A DNA stretch of 38,635 bases from a virus (lineage: Duplodnaviria; Caudoviricetes): IMG/VR virus record IMGVR_UViG_3300028585_000536, positions 1 to 38,635 of that record, one strand, 5' to 3'. Below are positions 35,594-38,635 of the stretch, piece after piece. The position numbers were made by a program, and so were the translations under genes. The notes below the pieces were generated by a model, which searched no databases, was not told the DNA's origin, and was given only the letters and a program-made list of their open reading frames with translations. Each line of letters starts with the position of its first letter. Position 1 is the stretch's first letter.

Positions 35594-35615
35594 TTATAGA
35601 GACTTTCGTCTATAA
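35594..35615. promoter_or_regulatory. Inverted repeat TTATAGA-N8-TCTATAA (operator or recombination-site-like)
   Basis: Perfect 7-bp AT-rich arms in a GC-rich context, in the divergent intergenic region. Confidence 0.45.
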
Positions 35616-35679
35616 GCCAGAGCCTTTGTCTCATTGACCGCATCGACGCACCAGAGACGCTTGCGGGCAGGACTGCACC

Positions 35680-35714
35680 CCCTCCCACTGGGCATAAGCT
35701 TCCCGGCGCATTCT
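35680..35714 (+). promoter_or_regulatory. Phage late-promoter motif variant before the wedge operon (leaderless)
   Basis: CCCTCCCACT (box position 35682), CATTCT at 35709, ATG at 35721. Confidence 0.7.
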
Positions 35715-35720
35715 CTTTGT

Positions 35721-36041
35721 ATGACAGAAGGCGTCCTCTCGTTCCCGTTCAGGCTCACCCCGCAAGGTGAAGCTGCGATCGCGCCCTACGGCAGCGACCA
35801 GGAAGTTCGTGAAGCGATTGCTGCACTGACCCTCACCTACCTCGGCGAGAGACTGCTCAGCCCGGAGTTTGGGATCACAGATCCTGCATGGAACGGGATC
35901 GACCCCAACGATGTCCAAGCAGGACTCGATAACTATGGGCCGGTCGGGGTGACGGTGACAGGTGTCGAGGAAGAACCCGTGACCGAGACCCAGACCGCCT
36001 ACGTCATTGAGTGGTCGCACGACGATGAGGAGACCCCGTGA
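35721..36041 (+). CDS. Baseplate wedge / sheath initiator, gp25 (GPW)-like
   Basis: LSFPFRL...LTLTYLGERLLSPEFGITDP is the gp25 signature; start at ATG 35721. Confidence 0.88.
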   Translation: MTEGVLSFPFRLTPQGEAAIAPYGSDQEVREAIAALTLTYLGERLLSPEFGITDPAWNGIDPNDVQAGLDNYGPVGVTVTGVEEEPVTETQTAYVIEWSHDDEETP

Positions 36042-37177
36042 GCGAGACAGTAAGCCCAGACTCACCACAGCCCGAGACGCTCGACCTGCTCGGCTATGGC
36101 GATGAGGAAGACCTGGTCGAGGCCGCCGTCGCCTACGCGCAGAACGCGCTGCCGGAATGGACGCCTCGCGCCGGCAACGTCGAGGTCGTGCTTCTGGAGG
36201 CTCTAGCGCTCGAGCTCGGCTTAGAAGTGATGGCGCTCCGCGAAGCCCCCGGGGTGGTGCTCGAACAACTACTCGAGCTTTACGGTGTGCGCCGTGACCC
36301 CGGAGCTCCCGCGAGTGGCGTCGCCAGGTTCACAGTGTCTGGATCTCGTCCCCTTGTAGAGATCCCGGCCGGCGCCAGGCTGCGCGCTCAGGTGCCTTCT
36401 ACCGGAGAGTCTTATGACTTCCTCACCACGGGGCGCTTAGAAATCAACACCGTCGAGGGCCTGAGCGCTGAGGTTCGGGTGGTCGCGGAGGAGTCAGGAC
36501 GTGAAGCGAACCGTCTGCCGGCGGGGTCAGCGCTCTCGGTCGTGGACAACCTCCCGCAGGTCGAATCGGTACTTTTCGCGGAGGGGACCATCGGTGGTCG
36601 AAGTCCAGAGGACGACGGCCAGCTCTACTCTCGCGGTGCGGCTGTATTGGCCCGCCAGGTTTCCACCCTGGTTCTGCCAACTCACTTTGAACTCGCGTCC
36701 CTCGCGACTGCCGGGGTGGGACGAGCTCATGTCCTGGATCTCTATGACCCTGCCGCACCGACTGTTGAGACTCCGGGGCACGTGACTGTGGCGGTGGCCG
36801 ACCTTGACGGTCAACCGCTCTTGGAGCAGGCGGCGCGTGACCTTGAGTTCGATCTTGAGCAACAGGCGCTGGCATCTTTGACGATCCACGTGGTCTCCCC
36901 GACCTACACGGATCTAGACCTTGAGGTCACCGTGCAGTCGACCCCTCGCGTTGACGCACAACTCGTGGCGCAGAGGGTGGAAGCCAGGCTGCGCGAGTGG
37001 CTCGCGCCTTCCCGGTGGGGTTGGGGTTCTTCGGTGGAGCAATTCCAGATCGTCTCCACCGTGGGCGCGGTAGATGGAGTCGACTTCGTCGTTGAAGCGC
37101 CCGCAACCATCGACCTGGCTGGTGACGCTCCCCTGCCCCGTCTGGAAGCCGTGACCGTCAATGTGCAGGAACCCTGA
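36038..37177 (+). CDS. Baseplate J / gp47-like protein
   Basis: PEWTPRAGNVEVVLLEA, YGVRR..G.PA, IPAG, GGRSPEDD, GVGRA and PGHVTVAV. Confidence 0.92.
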   Translation: MSETVSPDSPQPETLDLLGYGDEEDLVEAAVAYAQNALPEWTPRAGNVEVVLLEALALELGLEVMALREAPGVVLEQLLELYGVRRDPGAPASGVARFTVSGSRPLVEIPAGARLRAQVPSTGESYDFLTTGRLEINTVEGLSAEVRVVAEESGREANRLPAGSALSVVDNLPQVESVLFAEGTIGGRSPEDDGQLYSRGAAVLARQVSTLVLPTHFELASLATAGVGRAHVLDLYDPAAPTVETPGHVTVAVADLDGQPLLEQAARDLEFDLEQQALASLTIHVVSPTYTDLDLEVTVQSTPRVDAQLVAQRVEARLREWLAPSRWGWGSSVEQFQIVSTVGAVDGVDFVVEAPATIDLAGDAPLPRLEAVTVNVQEP

Positions 37178-37851
37178 TGAGTGAGTCACCAGGGCCTGAG
37201 GAACTAGCTCCTGTTCATCCGTGGACCCGCACTTGGTGGGGGCGACTCCCCCTCGCGTACCGGGAAGCTGACCGGGCCCAGAACCCAGAGGCAGGGGGCA
37301 TGCCACTGCTCCGATACATGGATGGGGTAGGTCGAATCGCAGGGGAGATGCGGGAGATCAGTGATGGTCTCTATGACGGGTCCTACACCGACCCTGATCG
37401 GGCCCCCGACAGCGCTCTCCCCTGGCTGGCGTTCTTGCTTGGGATGAGCGACGCGCAACGCGATCAACGCCCCGAGATCCTGCGGATAAGGATCCGGGCG
37501 CTGGTCACTGCGGGACGAACCCGCGTCGGCACGCGCCAGTTGATCACAGAGTCAGCGAAGGAGTTCCTGATCCCAGGGGCGGAGGCTCGTGTCAGTCCAC
37601 ACCCTTCGCAGCCTCACGTGCTTGTACTCCATGTGCGCTCTTTCGACGTCATCGATTCCGACTTCGAAACGCTTTCCGCTCGGGTGCGTTCGGCGGGGTT
37701 CCTCCCTGCAGGACACGGGTTGATCGTCAACCTCGTCAGTACCACCTGGGATCAGTGGCAGGAGGTCGCCGGGGGGACATGGGACGAGCAGGAACAGAAC
37801 ATCCCGACGTGGGCTGACAGTGATTCGGCGGGAGTGTTCCTAGAGGACTAG
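37177..37851 (+). CDS. Baseplate wedge protein (P2 gpI-like)
   Basis: LPLAYREAD...LLRYM...DPDRAPDSALPWLAFLLG...GT; follows the baseplate J gene. Confidence 0.85.
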   Translation: MSESPGPEELAPVHPWTRTWWGRLPLAYREADRAQNPEAGGMPLLRYMDGVGRIAGEMREISDGLYDGSYTDPDRAPDSALPWLAFLLGMSDAQRDQRPEILRIRIRALVTAGRTRVGTRQLITESAKEFLIPGAEARVSPHPSQPHVLVLHVRSFDVIDSDFETLSARVRSAGFLPAGHGLIVNLVSTTWDQWQEVAGGTWDEQEQNIPTWADSDSAGVFLED

Positions 37852-38267
37852 TCGTTGCGCTTGGCGGCTAGGGCGGCGTATCGGTCGGCGCGGGCTTCGA
37901 TGCGTTTCCTCCTGTGGGCGCTTTGCTCCCGCGTCTCAGGCCAGAGGTGGAGCCAATTGCGCAGGAGCAGTTCCGCGGCTCCGTGCTCACCCTGGCCGGC
38001 GAGGATCTTTGCGGCCTTCTCGTACCAGTAGGGCTGGGGTTCTCGGGAGTCATACTGCTGCAGGGTCTCAGCCACAGTGATGATCTCCCCTAGAAGCGCG
38101 AGCGCCTCTTCCGGTAGCCCTCCCTGTATCCAGACCGTGAGGTCCTGGTGCCATTGGTTCAGGTCGCGGCCGCGCACACGCCGAAGACGGTAGAGCTCGT
38201 CGGTGTTGATCCTGCGGATGGCAGCGTCCACTGGTGTGTGGATCTCGTTCCAGTCTTCGAGCGCCAT
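37848..38267 (-). CDS. Hypothetical helical (TPR-like) protein co-oriented with the XRE gene
   Basis: ATG 38267 lies 2 nt after the XRE gene stop; EEALALL...PYWYEKAAKIL...AAELLL. Confidence 0.7.
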   Translation of the reverse strand: MALEDWNEIHTPVDAAIRRINTDELYRLRRVRGRDLNQWHQDLTVWIQGGLPEEALALLGEIITVAETLQQYDSREPQPYWYEKAAKILAGQGEHGAAELLLRNWLHLWPETREQSAHRRKRIEARADRYAALAAKRND

Positions 38268-38269
38268 GA

Positions 38270-38635
38270 TCAGGCCTTGGGCGTCCGCATTTCTCGGACG
38301 ACGCCGGCGACGGCTGCTTGCTGGGAGGTGGTGAGGTCTGTCCATCCGTCGAGTAGGTAGTACTGGGATGCGCCCCAGTCGGATGAGGTCCAGATTCCCA
38401 GGGCGATCCCCCAGGTTTGGACGATCACTGCGGGTTTGATATTGAGGCCTTGGGAGAGGCCTTGGATCTGAGCCATGGAGGGGAAGTCCTCGGGTGGCTG
38501 GGAGATCCATTGCGAGAGGTATTTGCGGCTGGGGTTTCCTCCGCAGTCTTGTTCGAGTTGGCGCCAGGATCGTTTGCCCCGGAGGGTTTCGATGAGGTCG
38601 CGGATGGGTTCGGCTGTAGCGGCGGGTGCGGCCAT
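38270..38635 (-). CDS. XRE-family HTH regulator (candidate immunity repressor); start at the window edge
   Basis: RGKRSWRQLEQDCGGNPSRKYLSQW...FPSMAQIQGLSQGLNI and C-terminal LTTSQQAAVAGVVREM. Confidence 0.8.
   Translation of the reverse strand: MAAPAATAEPIRDLIETLRGKRSWRQLEQDCGGNPSRKYLSQWISQPPEDFPSMAQIQGLSQGLNIKPAVIVQTWGIALGIWTSSDWGASQYYLLDGWTDLTTSQQAAVAGVVREMRTPKA

Larger units (their letters stand above)
1..38635. mobile_element. Prophage / temperate myovirus segment (Mu-like head, contractile tail, lysis cassette, XRE regulator); boundaries lie outside the window
   Basis: Contiguous terminase-portal-protease-capsid-sheath-tube-tape measure-baseplate-fibre-endolysin-holin genes, cargo genes and an HTH repressor-like gene. 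Confidence 0.95.

Noticed and set aside
19136-37851. Extracellular contractile injection system or tailocin
   Set aside because: Complete terminase, portal, protease and capsid genes are present, so this is a phage
1474-38510. Longer upstream starts in the ORF track (1474, 2416, 3041, 10964, 13597, 17792, 21187, 29946, 31910, 35634, 38510)
   Set aside because: They overlap neighbouring genes or promoter motifs. Downstream starts fit RBS, stop-start coupling or leaderless spacing better
1-38635. Integrase, att sites, transposase, tRNA or rRNA
   Set aside because: No recognisable motifs in this window. The Mu-like head genes alone do not imply a transposable phage

Overview
The whole window looks like part of a temperate myovirus-type (contractile-tailed) prophage. 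The host is probably a high-GC actinobacterium, inferred from GC content, leaderless starts and gene families. Order: late-early small genes with a RusA-like resolvase and interspersed minus-strand cargo genes, including a SIR2/AbiH-like protein (1-7.9 kb); TerS and TerL, the latter interrupted in Walker A by a class 3-type LAGLIDADG intein; a Mu-like head module; neck, sheath, tube, frameshifting chaperone, tape measure, LysM, hub, spike and fibre genes; a lysis cassette; a minus-strand cargo island (Fic protein plus small genes, two of them paralogous); displaced baseplate wedge genes; and an XRE-type regulator at the right edge. No integrase, att site, CRISPR array or tRNA is visible. The most striking hidden structure is a dispersed promoter motif, CC(G/C)TCCC(A/C)CA-N19-(C)ANNNT-N6-7-start. 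It occurs about 11-12 times at near-invariant spacing in front of the + strand modules, mostly leaderless, and once inside the protease gene. Minus-strand cargo genes instead carry ordinary leaderless TANNNT boxes. Two candidate structured RNAs lie inside the tail operon. All protein-family calls come from motif recognition and synteny, not database searches.
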